From Methylophilaceae bacterium (GTDB taxonomy: Bacteria > Pseudomonadota > Gammaproteobacteria > Burkholderiales > Methylophilaceae), in the NCBI GenBank assembly GCA_051252095.1, contig JBPOFK010000001.1:23922-87921 (forward strand): 64,000 nucleotides of DNA, given 5' to 3'. Every line of letters begins with the position of its first letter. Position 1 is the stretch's first letter. A program made the translations under genes and the position numbers. Positions 38,989-50,076 of this stretch are shown here, piece by piece. A model generated the notes under the pieces. The model did not search any database and had not been told where the DNA came from. It saw nothing but the letters and a program-made list of their open reading frames with translations.

Positions 38989-40572
38989 ATGGCATTAGAA
39001 CAAACGATCAAAACACAGTTGGAAACATATATAAAAATGTTGCGAGAACCAATTGTATTGGCTGAGTCTTTAGATGACAGTGCGGATGCAAAAGAAATGC
39101 ACGAGTTGTTGGTTGAAATCTCCAATATGTCAGACAAGATTAGTCTTGTTCAAGAAGACAATGAACGTAAACCTTCTTTTGCCGTAAAACGTGCTGAAAC
39201 GCATAGCCAAGCCCAAAAAGCTGTCGGTGTGCGCTTTGCAGGTATTCCGCTAGGCCATGAGTTTACCTCATTAGTATTGGCCTTATTGCACACTGGCGGT
39301 CATCCAATGAAATTGGAACAGGAAAAAATAGACCAAATAGCGGCCATAGAGGGTGCATTCCATTTTGAGACATATGTGTCTTTAAGCTGCCATAACTGTC
39401 CAGATGTTGTGCAAGCCTTGAATATGATGGCTGTAATTAATCCAAATATTACGCATGTGATGATAGAAGGTGGTTTGTATCAAGACGAAATAAAAGCCAA
39501 AGAGATTATGTCTGTGCCCACTATTTATTTGAATGGTGAAGTCTTTGGTGCGGGTCGCATGGAGCTAGAAGAAATTCTGGTCAAAATTGACACTGGTGCT
39601 GTAGCACGTGAAGCTAAAAAGCTTGACGAAAAAGCACCATATGACGTGTTGGTCGTAGGTGGTGGTCCAGCAGGCGCATCGGCTGCCATTTATGCAGCAC
39701 GTAAAGGGATAAGAACAGGTATAGTAGCTGAGCGTTTTGGTGGTCAAGTAATGGATACACTAGCCATTGAAAACTTTATTTCTGTTAAAGAAACCGATGG
39801 TCCTAAATTGGTGATGGCATTAGAAGAGCACGTAAAAAGTTATGATGTGGATATCATGAATTTACAACGTGCAGCTAGCCTTGCAGAGCCTGGTAAAGAA
39901 GGGAATAAAAATACCGATTTGATTGAGGTACAACTTGAAAGCGGCGCGACATTAAAATCAAAAGCGGTGATATTGGCTACAGGTGCAAGATGGCGCGAAC
40001 TCAATGTCCCAGGAGAAAAAGAGTACCGAGGTAAAGGCGTTGCTTATTGCCCACATTGCGATGGCCCTTTGTTCAAAGGTAAACCAGTTGCGGTTGTCGG
40101 TGGCGGTAACTCTGGGGTTGAGGCAGCAATTGATTTGGCTGGTTTTGTCGCACACGTGACCTTATTACAGTTCGACACTACGTTAAAAGCCGATGCTGTT
40201 TTACAGAAGAAATTGCGTTCTTTAGATAATGTCACCATTATAACCAGTGCGCAGACAACTGAAATTACAGGTGATGGCCATGTGATGAATGGCTTAACTT
40301 ACGCAGACCGAGTAACAGGTGAAAATAAACATCTGGCGCTTGATGCCGTGTTTGTTCAGATTGGCTTGTTACCCAACAGTGATTGGCTAAAAGGGACACT
40401 TAACCTAAGTAAGTTTAGTGAGATTGAAATTAATAATCATAATGCCACATCTTTACCAGGTGTATTTGCAGCTGGTGACGTGACAACAACGCCCTACAAG
40501 CAAATCGTTATCGCAATGGGCGAAGGTTCAAAAGCAGCACTAGGTGCTTTTGATTACTTGATTCGTCAATAA
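38989..40572 (+). CDS. ahpF: alkyl hydroperoxide reductase subunit F
   Basis: 527 aa. N-terminal thioredoxin-like CHNCPD, FAD site [14 protein letters not shown], redox CPHCDG. Confidence 0.96.
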   Translation: MALEQTIKTQLETYIKMLREPIVLAESLDDSADAKEMHELLVEISNMSDKISLVQEDNERKPSFAVKRAETHSQAQKAVGVRFAGIPLGHEFTSLVLALLHTGGHPMKLEQEKIDQIAAIEGAFHFETYVSLSCHNCPDVVQALNMMAVINPNITHVMIEGGLYQDEIKAKEIMSVPTIYLNGEVFGAGRMELEEILVKIDTGAVAREAKKLDEKAPYDVLVVGGGPAGASAAIYAARKGIRTGIVAERFGGQVMDTLAIENFISVKETDGPKLVMALEEHVKSYDVDIMNLQRAASLAEPGKEGNKNTDLIEVQLESGATLKSKAVILATGARWRELNVPGEKEYRGKGVAYCPHCDGPLFKGKPVAVVGGGNSGVEAAIDLAGFVAHVTLLQFDTTLKADAVLQKKLRSLDNVTIITSAQTTEITGDGHVMNGLTYADRVTGENKHLALDAVFVQIGLLPNSDWLKGTLNLSKFSEIEINNHNATSLPGVFAAGDVTTTPYKQIVIAMGEGSKAALGAFDYLIRQ

Positions 40573-40577
40573 ATATC

Positions 40578-40609
40578 AAAGCGTTCAGTGCAGTTGTGCT
40601 GAACGCTTT
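40578..40609. terminator. bidirectional rho-independent terminator (ahpF / DUF2892 gene)
   Basis: AAAGCGTTCAG-tgcagttgtg-CTGAACGCTTT has an 11-bp stem flanked by A-run and T-run. It sits between convergent stop codons. Confidence 0.85.
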
Positions 40610-40611
40610 TG

Positions 40612-40803
40612 TTATTTAGTTTTACAAGTATTAATACCTAATAAACTGTAAGCTGGACACACATTAAATAGGCCTGTTGCCAAAGGCACAATGCCAATCA
40701 ATGCCCATGCTGGGCCAGCGCCAAATAAATACCAAGCAAGTAAAGTGAGTCCAGCAATAATTCTTACCATGCGATCAACACCGCCAACATTTTTCTTCAT
40801 CAT
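40612..40803 (-). CDS. DUF2892 (YgaP-like) small membrane protein
   Basis: 63 aa. GGVDRMVRIIAGL..L.G.C.AY..LG..TC pattern typical of DUF2892. Confidence 0.7.
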   Translation of the reverse strand: MMKKNVGGVDRMVRIIAGLTLLAWYLFGAGPAWALIGIVPLATGLFNVCPAYSLLGINTCKTK

Positions 40804-40889
40804 GCTCCCCTTAATACCTAAATATGGAAGTGTACGCCCTAATATACGGTTAATATTGATATAAATCAGTAAACATTTTTAAGCATAAT

Positions 40890-42626
40890 TTAGTGTCCTC
40901 CTGATGTCATGCTTAGTGCTACTGCTTCCGCTACTTTAATCCCGTCGACCCCTGCAGATAAAATGCCGCCGGCATAGCCTGCTCCCTCACCGCAAGGAAA
41001 TAAGCCTTTGGTGTTGATGCTTTCTAGGCTTTCATCATGTCGTTTGATTTGAATAGGCGAGGATGTGCGTGTTTCTACACCCGTTAACATACCATCAGCT
41101 AAATCAAAACCATTAATTTTTTTTGCAAATGCTGGAATGGCTTCACGGATAGCTGTATTGGCAAATTCAGGTAAGGCAGCATCTAAATTAGTGAGTGTAA
41201 CACCTGGCGTATAAGAAGGAATTACAGTGCCCAATTGCGCTGAAGGTTTATTAGCCAAAAAATCGCCAATTAACTGACCAGGAGCATTGTAATTGCTACC
41301 ACCTAAGATATAGGCGTTACTTTCAAGCTTGCGTTGAAATTCCATGCCAGCTAGCGGGTGGTCAGGAAAATCGACTTCCGGCGTGATGCCAACGACAATA
41401 CCTGCATTAGCATTACGTTCATTACGGCTATATTGGCTCATGCCATTGGTCACGACACGATTGGGTTCTGACGTTGCAGCGACGACTGTGCCGCCTGGGC
41501 ACATACAAAAGCTATAGACGCTGCGACCATTAGTGGCATGGTGTACTAGCTTATAATCGGCCGCGCCTAGTTTTGAAAGTAAGTCTTCACTATAGCTTTT
41601 GCCATAACGTGCACGGTCAATTAAATTTTGCGGGTGCTCAATACGGTAGCCAATAGAGAAAGGCTTTGCTTCAATGTAGATGCCATTTTGATGAAGCATT
41701 TCAAAAGTATCTCTCGCACTATGTCCAACAGCGAGTACTAAATGATGTGTTTTAATATGCTCGCCAGTCTGTAACGTGATACACTGGACTTGGTTCTTGT
41801 CGATATCAATATTGACAACACGACTTTCAAAACGGATTTCGCCACCAAGTTCAATTATGGTTTGGCGCATTTTTTCAACCATACCAACCAATTTAAACGT
41901 ACCTATATGCGGGTGACTAACATATTGAATTTCTGCAGGGGCCCCCGCTTTAACAAACTCTTGAATTACTTTGCGACCATAATGTTTAGGATCTTTAATT
42001 TGGCTATAAAGTTTGCCATCTGAAAACGTGCCTGCACCACCCTCACCAAATTGTACATTCGATTCAGGGTTGAGTGTATTTTTACGCCATAAGCCCCAGG
42101 TATCTTGTGTACGTTTCCGCACCTCTTTACCACGTTCTAATACGATAGGCTTGAAACCAGACTGCGCTAAAATCAATGCAGCAAAGATACCAGCAGGGCC
42201 AAAGCCAACTACGATAGGACGAGAGTGCTTCCTCACTTCCCAGCCATCATCGAGATTGGGGGAAGTGGTATTTGGCGCTACTACATTAGAAGTGTCTTCC
42301 CTATTCAAAGGGGAAGGTTGGGGTGAATCTTGACCCGCCGTCGCCACAAAATGATAGCTGGTATCAGGCGCTGGCTTAATATGAGTATCTTTTTTAAGCT
42401 TTGCCAACAGCTTTGCTTCATTGTTTACTTCTACATCCAAACTATACACATACAAAATTGCATGTGACTTACGTGCATCGACCCCGCGTTTAAAAATAGT
42501 AAAACCAATTAAATCGTTTTCAGGAATTGCTAAGCGTTTAAGTATCGCAGCTTTAATTTGATCATCTTGATGAGTAAGCGTATCCGCTTGTTCTATTGGT
42601 AGTTTAACTTCATTAATGCGTATCAT
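40890..42626 (-). CDS. NAD(FAD)-dependent dehydrogenase (COG2509-like)
   Basis: 578 aa. Dinucleotide site VVGFGPAGIFAAL and C-terminal GEGAGYAGGI. Carries a Ser/Pro-rich insertion near residue 90-130. Confidence 0.75.
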   Translation of the reverse strand: MIRINEVKLPIEQADTLTHQDDQIKAAILKRLAIPENDLIGFTIFKRGVDARKSHAILYVYSLDVEVNNEAKLLAKLKKDTHIKPAPDTSYHFVATAGQDSPQPSPLNREDTSNVVAPNTTSPNLDDGWEVRKHSRPIVVGFGPAGIFAALILAQSGFKPIVLERGKEVRKRTQDTWGLWRKNTLNPESNVQFGEGGAGTFSDGKLYSQIKDPKHYGRKVIQEFVKAGAPAEIQYVSHPHIGTFKLVGMVEKMRQTIIELGGEIRFESRVVNIDIDKNQVQCITLQTGEHIKTHHLVLAVGHSARDTFEMLHQNGIYIEAKPFSIGYRIEHPQNLIDRARYGKSYSEDLLSKLGAADYKLVHHATNGRSVYSFCMCPGGTVVAATSEPNRVVTNGMSQYSRNERNANAGIVVGITPEVDFPDHPLAGMEFQRKLESNAYILGGSNYNAPGQLIGDFLANKPSAQLGTVIPSYTPGVTLTNLDAALPEFANTAIREAIPAFAKKINGFDLADGMLTGVETRTSSPIQIKRHDESLESINTKGLFPCGEGAGYAGGILSAGVDGIKVAEAVALSMTSGGH

Positions 42627-42683
42627 CTAGTTGCCTTTGGATAGTGTTTATCTATCATTAAGGGTTATTGGTAAAAATGTGTT

Positions 42684-43289
42684 CTAAATGCCTAAATCTA
42701 ACTGCAATAGCTTCTTTAGCATGGGGACTGTCACGGGTTTTTTTTCTGTCAGTGACCATTCATCTAGCGCATTTAATATGGACATGAGAGTAGGTAAATC
42801 TCTGCGCAGATATCGCAGACAGTAAGCAATCACTTCATCAGGTAATTTCATCCCGCGCTCTGTTGCGTGATTCTTTAATGCTTCAGCTTTCTCAGTGTCG
42901 GTTAATGGGTGGAGTTGATAGACCAACCCCCAAGCGAGTCTGGTTGCTAAGTCATCACGTAGACCCATTTGTGCTGGAGAGTGTAATCCAGCAGTGATAA
43001 ATGCGCTACCTGTTGCTTTTAACTCGTTATAGCGGTTAAACAATTCAATTTGCGCTTCCGCATTCAATAGGTGCACATCATCAGCAATGGCAATGCCTTG
43101 TCTTTTAGCAGCATTCAGTAGATGACTCTTGCCGCTACCAGCTGGCCCCCAAAGATAGATGAATGAGGCATCGCATTCTTCATTTAATAATTGATGGATG
43201 CTTGCAAGCGCCTCATTATTCTGACCAGTAATATAATTATTAAATGTCTGTGGTTGCGCTGGCTGAATATCAAGTAATAGCTGTTTCAT
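42684..43289 (-). CDS. hda: DnaA regulatory inactivator Hda
   Basis: 201 aa. N-terminal clamp-binding-like MKQLLLDI, Walker A WGPAGSGKSHL, DnaA-domain-III-like core. Confidence 0.85.
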   Translation of the reverse strand: MKQLLLDIQPAQPQTFNNYITGQNNEALASIHQLLNEECDASFIYLWGPAGSGKSHLLNAAKRQGIAIADDVHLLNAEAQIELFNRYNELKATGSAFITAGLHSPAQMGLRDDLATRLAWGLVYQLHPLTDTEKAEALKNHATERGMKLPDEVIAYCLRYLRRDLPTLMSILNALDEWSLTEKKPVTVPMLKKLLQLDLGI

Positions 43290-44389
43290 TGTTCTTGTTG
43301 ATATGTATCACTATTTAAATAACTTTGTTTAGAGTGGCGCAAGCCAACCGCAATAGCAGCGCTGACAGGCAACGCAAGTAATACCCCTGCAAATCCGAAC
43401 AGCTGGCCGCCAGCAAGTAATGCAAGAATAACAACGACTGGATGTAATCCAATTCGATCACCGACAAGATAGGGCGTTAATATATAGCTTTCTACGACCT
43501 GTCCAATGCCGAAGACAAGTAAAACGGGGAGCACTTCAACAGGGGATGAGAACTGCAATAATGCCAGCAACACAGCCATGATGAAGGCAATTGCAAAACC
43601 AAGATAAGGAACGAAACTTAATAAACCTGCAATTAAGCCGATGGAAAGCGCTGACTCTAAACCTGATAGCCACAGGCCTACACTGTAGAATAAACATAGA
43701 GCGGCCATCACAGAAAGTTGGCCACGTAGAAATTGCGCAATTACTGCATCAATTTCATTTGCAATTTGTGTTGTTTTTTCGATCCAATCTCGCGGGATAA
43801 GCTCGGCAATTTTTTCAATCAAACTATCCCAATCTCGTAATAGATAAAATAAAACAACGGGTAAAAGTAGTAAATTAGCGATTAGTCCTATGAGTGCTAA
43901 ACCTTTCGCGCCTGCTGTTTTAAAAATAATACTTAAGACGTTGCCTGTTTCTTGCCAATGCGATTTAATCACTTGTTGAATCTGGCTCAAATCAATGGCG
44001 AAGCTAATGCCTATCTTGTCTTGCAGCCATGGTTCTATATGTGTGCGAAAATTCTCCAGCAATGTTGGTAAGCGTTCCGCTATCAATAACGATTGTTTTT
44101 GAATGAGCGGAATCAAAATAAGCACAATGAGTGTCATCGCTGCAAAAAGACCAAACATAACAATAGCTGTTGCAGGGGACCTGCCGAGCTTGAAATGTTT
44201 GCTACCAACAATGCTTAGTTCATCGACTAATGGGTCGCAAATATACGCAAGAACAGCTGCGACTAAAAAAGGCGTAATGACTGGCCCGAGCTGATACAAA
44301 ATAAAGACAAGCAGCAGTGCGAATATAGTCCAGCGATTATTGCTAAATAGTTGGGTTATAGGGTCTTTGTTTTTTGGTTGATTTGCCAT
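43286..44389 (-). CDS. AI-2E family transporter (PerM-like permease)
   Basis: 367 aa, 7-8 TM. 4-nt overlap with hda. Conserved purM-perM-hda neighbourhood. Confidence 0.82.
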   Translation of the reverse strand: MANQPKNKDPITQLFSNNRWTIFALLLVFILYQLGPVITPFLVAAVLAYICDPLVDELSIVGSKHFKLGRSPATAIVMFGLFAAMTLIVLILIPLIQKQSLLIAERLPTLLENFRTHIEPWLQDKIGISFAIDLSQIQQVIKSHWQETGNVLSIIFKTAGAKGLALIGLIANLLLLPVVLFYLLRDWDSLIEKIAELIPRDWIEKTTQIANEIDAVIAQFLRGQLSVMAALCLFYSVGLWLSGLESALSIGLIAGLLSFVPYLGFAIAFIMAVLLALLQFSSPVEVLPVLLVFGIGQVVESYILTPYLVGDRIGLHPVVVILALLAGGQLFGFAGVLLALPVSAAIAVGLRHSKQSYLNSDTYQQEQ

Positions 44390-44497
44390 GTTGAGTTAAA
44401 ATGTGCGCAATAAAATAAGCGATTGGCAAAATTATACTTAACTTATGCCGACTTAACCGAATTTTGTATAGCAAGCATGTGCTTTTAACCAGTTTGA

Positions 44498-45577
44498 ATG
44501 ATTAAATTTAACCAAGAAACGAGAATTACTTTGACAAAAAATTCTGATAACGCCTCTGTAACTTACCGCGATGCAGGCGTGGATATTGAAGCTGGCGATG
44601 CATTGGTTGATCAAATCAAGCCCTACGCAAAACGGACAATGCGACCAGAAGTGATGAGCAGTATTGGTGGTTTTGGTTCTATGTTTGCTATGCCAGAAAA
44701 ATTTAAGGAGCCTGTTTTAGTCTCAGGGACAGATGGTGTAGGCACCAAACTCAAGCTGGCATTTCAATTGAATAAACATGATACGGTGGGTATCGACCTA
44801 GTTGCGATGAGTGTTAATGATATTTTGGTTCAAGGTGCTGAGCCATTGTTTTTCTTGGATTATTTTGCTTGTGGGAAGCTAGATGTAGGCACGGCAGCCG
44901 ATGTGATTAAAGGGATTGCTGCTGGATGTGAGGAGTCAGGTTGCGCTTTAGTAGGTGGGGAAACAGCGGAAATGCCAGGCATGTATCCCGCTGGAGAGTA
45001 TGATTTAGCAGGCTTTGTTGTGGGATGTGTAGATAAAGCTAATATCATTGATGGCTCAACGATTGCTGATGGCGATGTTGTATTAGGCCTTGCATCGAGT
45101 GGTGCGCACTCTAATGGATATTCTCTTATCCGTAAGCTTATTGAAAAATCTGGCATCGATATGCAGTCCGACTTTCATGGGCAACCATTTAGTGATGCCA
45201 TCATGATGCCGACCAAGCTTTACGTAAAATCGATTTTGGCACTTACCGAAGCCTTGCCTGTCAAAGGAATGGCGCATATCACAGGTGGTGGTATTACCGA
45301 GAATGTTCCGCGCGTTTTGCCCACAGGACTAATGGCTGAGATCAAAGCCGATAGTTGGGAGATGCCACCATTATTCAAATGGTTGCAATCACAAGGTAAT
45401 ATAGCACCAAATGAAATGTACAAAACGTTCAACTGTGGTATTGGCATGGTCGTAATCATTGCTCAAGAAGATCTAGAGCAAGCACAAAAGATATTGACCA
45501 ATTATGGAGAAACTGTATTTCAGATTGGCAAAATTCGTCAGCAAAAAACAGGTGAGGCTGCTACCATCGTTATTTAA
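44498..45577 (+). CDS. purM: phosphoribosylformylglycinamidine cyclo-ligase (AIR synthetase)
   Basis: 359 aa. [23 protein letters not shown]. The true start may be the internal TTG at 44531. Confidence 0.94.
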   Translation: MIKFNQETRITLTKNSDNASVTYRDAGVDIEAGDALVDQIKPYAKRTMRPEVMSSIGGFGSMFAMPEKFKEPVLVSGTDGVGTKLKLAFQLNKHDTVGIDLVAMSVNDILVQGAEPLFFLDYFACGKLDVGTAADVIKGIAAGCEESGCALVGGETAEMPGMYPAGEYDLAGFVVGCVDKANIIDGSTIADGDVVLGLASSGAHSNGYSLIRKLIEKSGIDMQSDFHGQPFSDAIMMPTKLYVKSILALTEALPVKGMAHITGGGITENVPRVLPTGLMAEIKADSWEMPPLFKWLQSQGNIAPNEMYKTFNCGIGMVVIIAQEDLEQAQKILTNYGETVFQIGKIRQQKTGEAATIVI

Positions 45578-45655
45578 CCAATGAACCCGTGTGACAACCG
45601 TAATGAAAGTTAATGCGTTAATTCATTATGTCATTTAATGAACGTGGGAAAATAT

Positions 45656-46363
45656 ATGTCAAAACCAAGTAATTCAACTTTATTACCGAGTCTGTTCGCA
45701 TTACTCATATTTGCTAACAGTGTTTTTGCGCAACCGCAAAGCATCCAATTGGAATATGAAGTGAGCCGTAATGGGCATGCATTTGGTACTGTGAAAGAAA
45801 GCTATACCCAAGAGGGAAGTCAATATCAGATTATATCGACAACCAAAGGTGATGGTTTGTATGCCCTGTTAGGTGAGCGTGTGCTTACTAGTAGTGGAGC
45901 AGTTACTAAGGCAGGCTTGGTTCCAGCAGAGTTTAAGCTTAAACGTGGCGATAATGAAAAAAAATCATTAACAGCTAGTTTTGATTGGCCAAATAATAAC
46001 TTGAATATGTTGGTGAAGGGCGATATTAGAACAGAAAAGCTTTCTTCAGGCGCGCAAGACTTAGCCAGCTATCCATATCAATTTATGTTTACGCCACCAA
46101 AAGGTGAGCAAGTCAAAGTGGCAGTAACAACGGGTAAGAAGTTTGATCAATATATCTACAATATTGAGGCAAACAATGTTGCGTTGAGTGTAGCGGGCGC
46201 TACTTATCAAACACTTCACCTGGTTGACGCAGAAGCGGAGGGAAAGAAGAAAAAGGAATTGTGGTTGGCTCCCTCTAAATATTACATTCCAGTTAAGTAT
46301 TTAGTCGTCGATAAAGAGGGCGATAAGATAGAGCAAGTCTTAACAAAAATAACGATTAAATAA
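45656..46363 (+). CDS. DUF3108 domain protein (secreted)
   Basis: Start at ATG 45656, preceded by GGGAA (the track ORF starts at 45638). Signal peptide ..LLIFANSVFA, then a beta-rich body. Conserved neighbour of purM in betaproteobacteria. Confidence 0.6.
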   Translation: MSKPSNSTLLPSLFALLIFANSVFAQPQSIQLEYEVSRNGHAFGTVKESYTQEGSQYQIISTTKGDGLYALLGERVLTSSGAVTKAGLVPAEFKLKRGDNEKKSLTASFDWPNNNLNMLVKGDIRTEKLSSGAQDLASYPYQFMFTPPKGEQVKVAVTTGKKFDQYIYNIEANNVALSVAGATYQTLHLVDAEAEGKKKKELWLAPSKYYIPVKYLVVDKEGDKIEQVLTKITIK

Positions 46364-46398
46364 CCAGTTCAGTTATTATCAGCAAGTATTTAATGTTG

Positions 46399-46425
46399 CG
46401 GCCAGTGATGTAGTTTTACTGGCCG
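46399..46425 (+). terminator. probable terminator after the DUF3108 gene
   Basis: CGGCCAGT-gatgtagtttt-ACTGGCCG (8-bp stem) followed by TTAAACCTTT, a weak U-tract. Confidence 0.45.
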
Positions 46426-46495
46426 TTAAACCTTTAGGCATTAGAAGCTTAGTAGGTCTGTTAATATTGTAACCACCATATAGAAAACCGCATCA

Positions 46496-47830
46496 ATGAA
46501 TGAACAATTAATACGCCAAGCAGCAATGCTCCTGACTGATATACTCGATTTTGATAGGCCAGCCGATGCAAAAATGAGCGCATTTTTTCGTAACAATCGC
46601 GACCTTGGCAATAAAGAACGGGCACTTATAGCAGAAAGTGTTTATGGTGTAATTCGCCGTCTGCGCTATTTAAGCGTTGTGACAGGTAATAATGAAAATG
46701 ACCCAGATGATGCAAGGAAACTTATCTTAGCGTGGCTTTTACGTGTACAAGGCAAAAGTTTAAGAGAGTTAGACACAACACTAAATGAACAGCAAAAGGA
46801 ATGGGCGATTGAAATAAAAGCTAAATCGACTGCCGACTTACCGCTTGCCGTTCAGGCAGATGTACGTGACTGGTTATGGGAAAAGCTGGTTGCACAATAT
46901 GGTGAGACAGAAGCGCTGACGATTTGCAGAAGTATGATGGAGCAAGCGACGCTTGATTTGCGCGTGAATACCATTAAAGGCGTACCAACAGAGGTGCTGG
47001 AAAAGATGATTGCCGAAAATATCAACAACGAAAACACAATCGCCCCGATGCCATATTCTCCAATTGGTATCCGTATGCCCAACCGCCTTGGTATTAGTAA
47101 ACACGTTTTATTTACTGAGGGCAAAATTGAAGTGCAAGACGAAGGCAGCCAACTATTGAGTTATTTGGTGGCGCCAAAGCGAGGCCAAATGGTGGCTGAT
47201 TTATGCGCAGGAGCTGGGGGTAAAACGTTAGCATTGGGTGCACTTATGCGAAACACAGGTCGATTATATGCATTCGATGTGTCGGAAAAACGATTGAATA
47301 ACCTTGGAAAGCGGTTAAAACGTTCTGGTTTATCTAACCTAAACGCACAAGTAATTAATAACGAAAACGATTTAAAACTGAAGCGGCTAAATGGAAAGTT
47401 TGATCGTGTGTTAGTGGATGCACCATGTAGTGGTTTGGGGACATTGCGACGTAACCCTGATCTAAAATGGAGACAGACACAGCAAGATATTAATGAACTC
47501 AATATCAAGCAAAAGAACATTTTATCGCGTGCAGCTAAATTAGCTAAAGTCGGCGGACGTGTTATTTACGCCACCTGTAGTTTGTTGCAGGAAGAGAATG
47601 AAGCAATAGCGGAAGCGTTTATAAAGACAAACCCTGACTTTATTTTAATACCAGCCAATGAGGTATTAGCACAACAGCAAATTAACTTAGATACAGGCAA
47701 GTACCTTAAACTGTTACCTCATTTACATGGTACAGATGGATTCTTTGCTGCAGTCTTTGAAAAAAAGCAGGCAGTCAGTGAGCCAAATATTAAATCGGCC
47801 GTAACTAAGCCTATCAAGAAAGCAGCTTAG
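46496..47830 (+). CDS. RsmB/NOP-family class I SAM-dependent RNA methyltransferase (second paralog)
   Basis: 444 aa. DLCAGAGGKT, DAPCSGLGTLRRNPD, YATCS motifs. Distinct from rsmB at 14687. Confidence 0.85.
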   Translation: MNEQLIRQAAMLLTDILDFDRPADAKMSAFFRNNRDLGNKERALIAESVYGVIRRLRYLSVVTGNNENDPDDARKLILAWLLRVQGKSLRELDTTLNEQQKEWAIEIKAKSTADLPLAVQADVRDWLWEKLVAQYGETEALTICRSMMEQATLDLRVNTIKGVPTEVLEKMIAENINNENTIAPMPYSPIGIRMPNRLGISKHVLFTEGKIEVQDEGSQLLSYLVAPKRGQMVADLCAGAGGKTLALGALMRNTGRLYAFDVSEKRLNNLGKRLKRSGLSNLNAQVINNENDLKLKRLNGKFDRVLVDAPCSGLGTLRRNPDLKWRQTQQDINELNIKQKNILSRAAKLAKVGGRVIYATCSLLQEENEAIAEAFIKTNPDFILIPANEVLAQQQINLDTGKYLKLLPHLHGTDGFFAAVFEKKQAVSEPNIKSAVTKPIKKAA

Positions 47831-47833
47831 AAG

Positions 47834-48808
47834 ATGGCGCTTGATCTTTCCAATACACTTGTCGTTGGTATTTCAGCTACAGCCTTGTTTGATCTTGGTG
47901 AGGCAGACAAGCTATTCCGTGAGCAACTTGCCATCAATGTAGAAAAGGCTGTTGTAGAGTACAGGCGATACATGTTGGAAAGAGAGAATGAGCCGCTGGA
48001 AGCAGGTACAGGCATGCCGCTTATTAAAGCGCTGTTAGAGCTGAATAAATTCCAAAAAATAGAAGAATCAAAAACAATAGCCGAACCACCTTTGGTAGAA
48101 GTCGTTGTGATGTCAAGAAATAGCCCAGAAACAGGGGTACGTGTGTTCAACACCATCAGAAAAATAGGTTTGAAAATTAGCCGACATGCCTTTACGGGCG
48201 GGGAGTCAGTGGCTGATTATATTGAAGCTTTTGATGTTGATTTATTTTTGACGACAAATATAAAAGACGCACAAAAGGTGATTGATTCAGGTAAGTGTGC
48301 AGTAGCCTTACTGAAAGAACCGCCCACTGAAACAACTGAGTTGCCCAGTGATCAAGTTCGGATTGCCTTTGATGGCGATGCGGTTTTATTTGATGAAAGT
48401 AGTGAGTTGCTATTTAAATCCAAAGGTCTGGATGAATTCCAACAAAATGAAGATATGCAGCAGCATGTGCCGATGCTTGAAGGACCCTATGCTTCTTTCT
48501 TGCAAAAACTGGCAAAGCTTCAGAGTCGCTTGCCTTTTGGTCAAGAGCTATCCCCAGTCAGATTAGCAATTGTAACTGCAAGGAGTGCCCCAGCGGAGAT
48601 GCGAGTTATTAATACACTCAGGCATTGGGGTGTTTACGTCAATGAAGTATTCTTTTTAGGCGGCCTGAATAAGGCAGCTATTCTTAAAGCATTTAAGCCA
48701 CATATCTTTTTTGATGACCAGGATTTGCATATCGAGCATGCATCCAAAGTGGTCCCTTCAGGGAAGGTCCCATACAAGAGTGACTCCTTATTAAATAAAA
48801 GAAAGTAA
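47834..48808 (+). CDS. cN-I-like 5'-nucleotidase family protein (tentative)
   Basis: 324 aa. Remembered resemblance to the bacterial homologs of cytosolic 5'-nucleotidase I (..VVGISATALFDL.. / FDGDAVLFDE.. / FFDDQ). Lies 3 nt after the preceding gene. Confidence 0.55.
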   Translation: MALDLSNTLVVGISATALFDLGEADKLFREQLAINVEKAVVEYRRYMLERENEPLEAGTGMPLIKALLELNKFQKIEESKTIAEPPLVEVVVMSRNSPETGVRVFNTIRKIGLKISRHAFTGGESVADYIEAFDVDLFLTTNIKDAQKVIDSGKCAVALLKEPPTETTELPSDQVRIAFDGDAVLFDESSELLFKSKGLDEFQQNEDMQQHVPMLEGPYASFLQKLAKLQSRLPFGQELSPVRLAIVTARSAPAEMRVINTLRHWGVYVNEVFFLGGLNKAAILKAFKPHIFFDDQDLHIEHASKVVPSGKVPYKSDSLLNKRK

Positions 48809-48846
48809 AATAGATTTTAGTAGATGACGACTAAGAGTAGATTTCA

Positions 48847-50076
48847 ATGAAAATGCCTAGCTTAAATATGCAAATATTCATCGGTGCAACGTTTGGTGTA
48901 CTGTTAGGCCTGTTTGTCCATAGCACAGGCTTAGAAGGTGCTGCGGCCTCTATCAGCTTGTATACAGCAGGGATTATTGGCACATTATTTATTGATTTGC
49001 TAAAAATGGTATTAATACCATTGGTTTTTTTCAGCATTATTGTTGGTATAGCCAATTTACGAGCACATAGTCAAATGCATAAAGTATGGGTTTCAACGCT
49101 CATCTTTTTTAGCTTAACAATGGCAATCGCAATGGTGGTAGGTATGCTAGCAAGCACTTACTTTAAGCCGGGTGTTGGGCTAGAAGTCAGTATGTTTGAA
49201 GGTGCTATGAAAAATTTCCAGTCGCAACAAATGCCATTGCCTGAGTTTTTCGCACATTTTTTACATAATCTCTTTGTGAATCCATTTCAAGCACTTGCTG
49301 AAGGACAGGTATTATCAGTTGTTATTTTTGCCTTGTTTATGGGAATCGCACTAGTTATGGGCGGTGATCGATACAAAAATATACTCGTGCTATTAGAGGA
49401 GGCGTTAGAAGTAACCATGCGCATCGTCAATTGGATTATGGTGCTTGCGCCATTTGGGATTGCCGCTTTATTGACTAAGTTAGTTGCCACCCAAGACGTC
49501 GGCATGCTATCAACACTTGCACAATTTGTGGCTGTAGTTGCAGGTACATTGGTATTTCATGGTTTAGTGATACTGCCCTTCATTTTATTTATATTCACAG
49601 GGAAGTCTCCAATATGGTTTTGGAAAGGTGCTCGTCAAGCACTGATTACAGCTTTTGCAACGAGCTCAAGCTCCGCAACATTACCGATTACAATGCGCTG
49701 CGTCACAACGCAGCTTAATGTGAAGCCAGAAATAGCTGGCTTTGTTATTCCATTAGGCGCAACCATGAATATGGATGGAACAGCTTTATATGAGGCTGCT
49801 GCTGCATTATTTATCGCTAATTTGGTTGGAGCCGACCTAACCATTATCCAGCAAATGATTGTTTTCTTAACTGCGATGCTAGCTTCCGTGGGCGCACCTG
49901 GTATACCTAGTGCGGGCATGGTCACCATGGTGTTAGTGCTGCAGTCAGTTGGCCTACCTGCAGAGGCTATCGCTATTCTATTACCTGTGGATCGGTTATT
50001 GGATACCTTGCGTACGACAGTCAATGTAGAAGGTGATATGACAGCAAGCCTCGTTGTACAACAAGTTGTAAATTAA
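48847..50076 (+). CDS. dicarboxylate/amino acid:cation symporter (DAACS/SDF family)
   Basis: 409 aa. 8 TM plus hairpins, with ..TSSSSATLP.. and ..NMDGTALYE.. signature motifs. Confidence 0.9.
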   Translation: MKMPSLNMQIFIGATFGVLLGLFVHSTGLEGAAASISLYTAGIIGTLFIDLLKMVLIPLVFFSIIVGIANLRAHSQMHKVWVSTLIFFSLTMAIAMVVGMLASTYFKPGVGLEVSMFEGAMKNFQSQQMPLPEFFAHFLHNLFVNPFQALAEGQVLSVVIFALFMGIALVMGGDRYKNILVLLEEALEVTMRIVNWIMVLAPFGIAALLTKLVATQDVGMLSTLAQFVAVVAGTLVFHGLVILPFILFIFTGKSPIWFWKGARQALITAFATSSSSATLPITMRCVTTQLNVKPEIAGFVIPLGATMNMDGTALYEAAAALFIANLVGADLTIIQQMIVFLTAMLASVGAPGIPSAGMVTMVLVLQSVGLPAEAIAILLPVDRLLDTLRTTVNVEGDMTASLVVQQVVN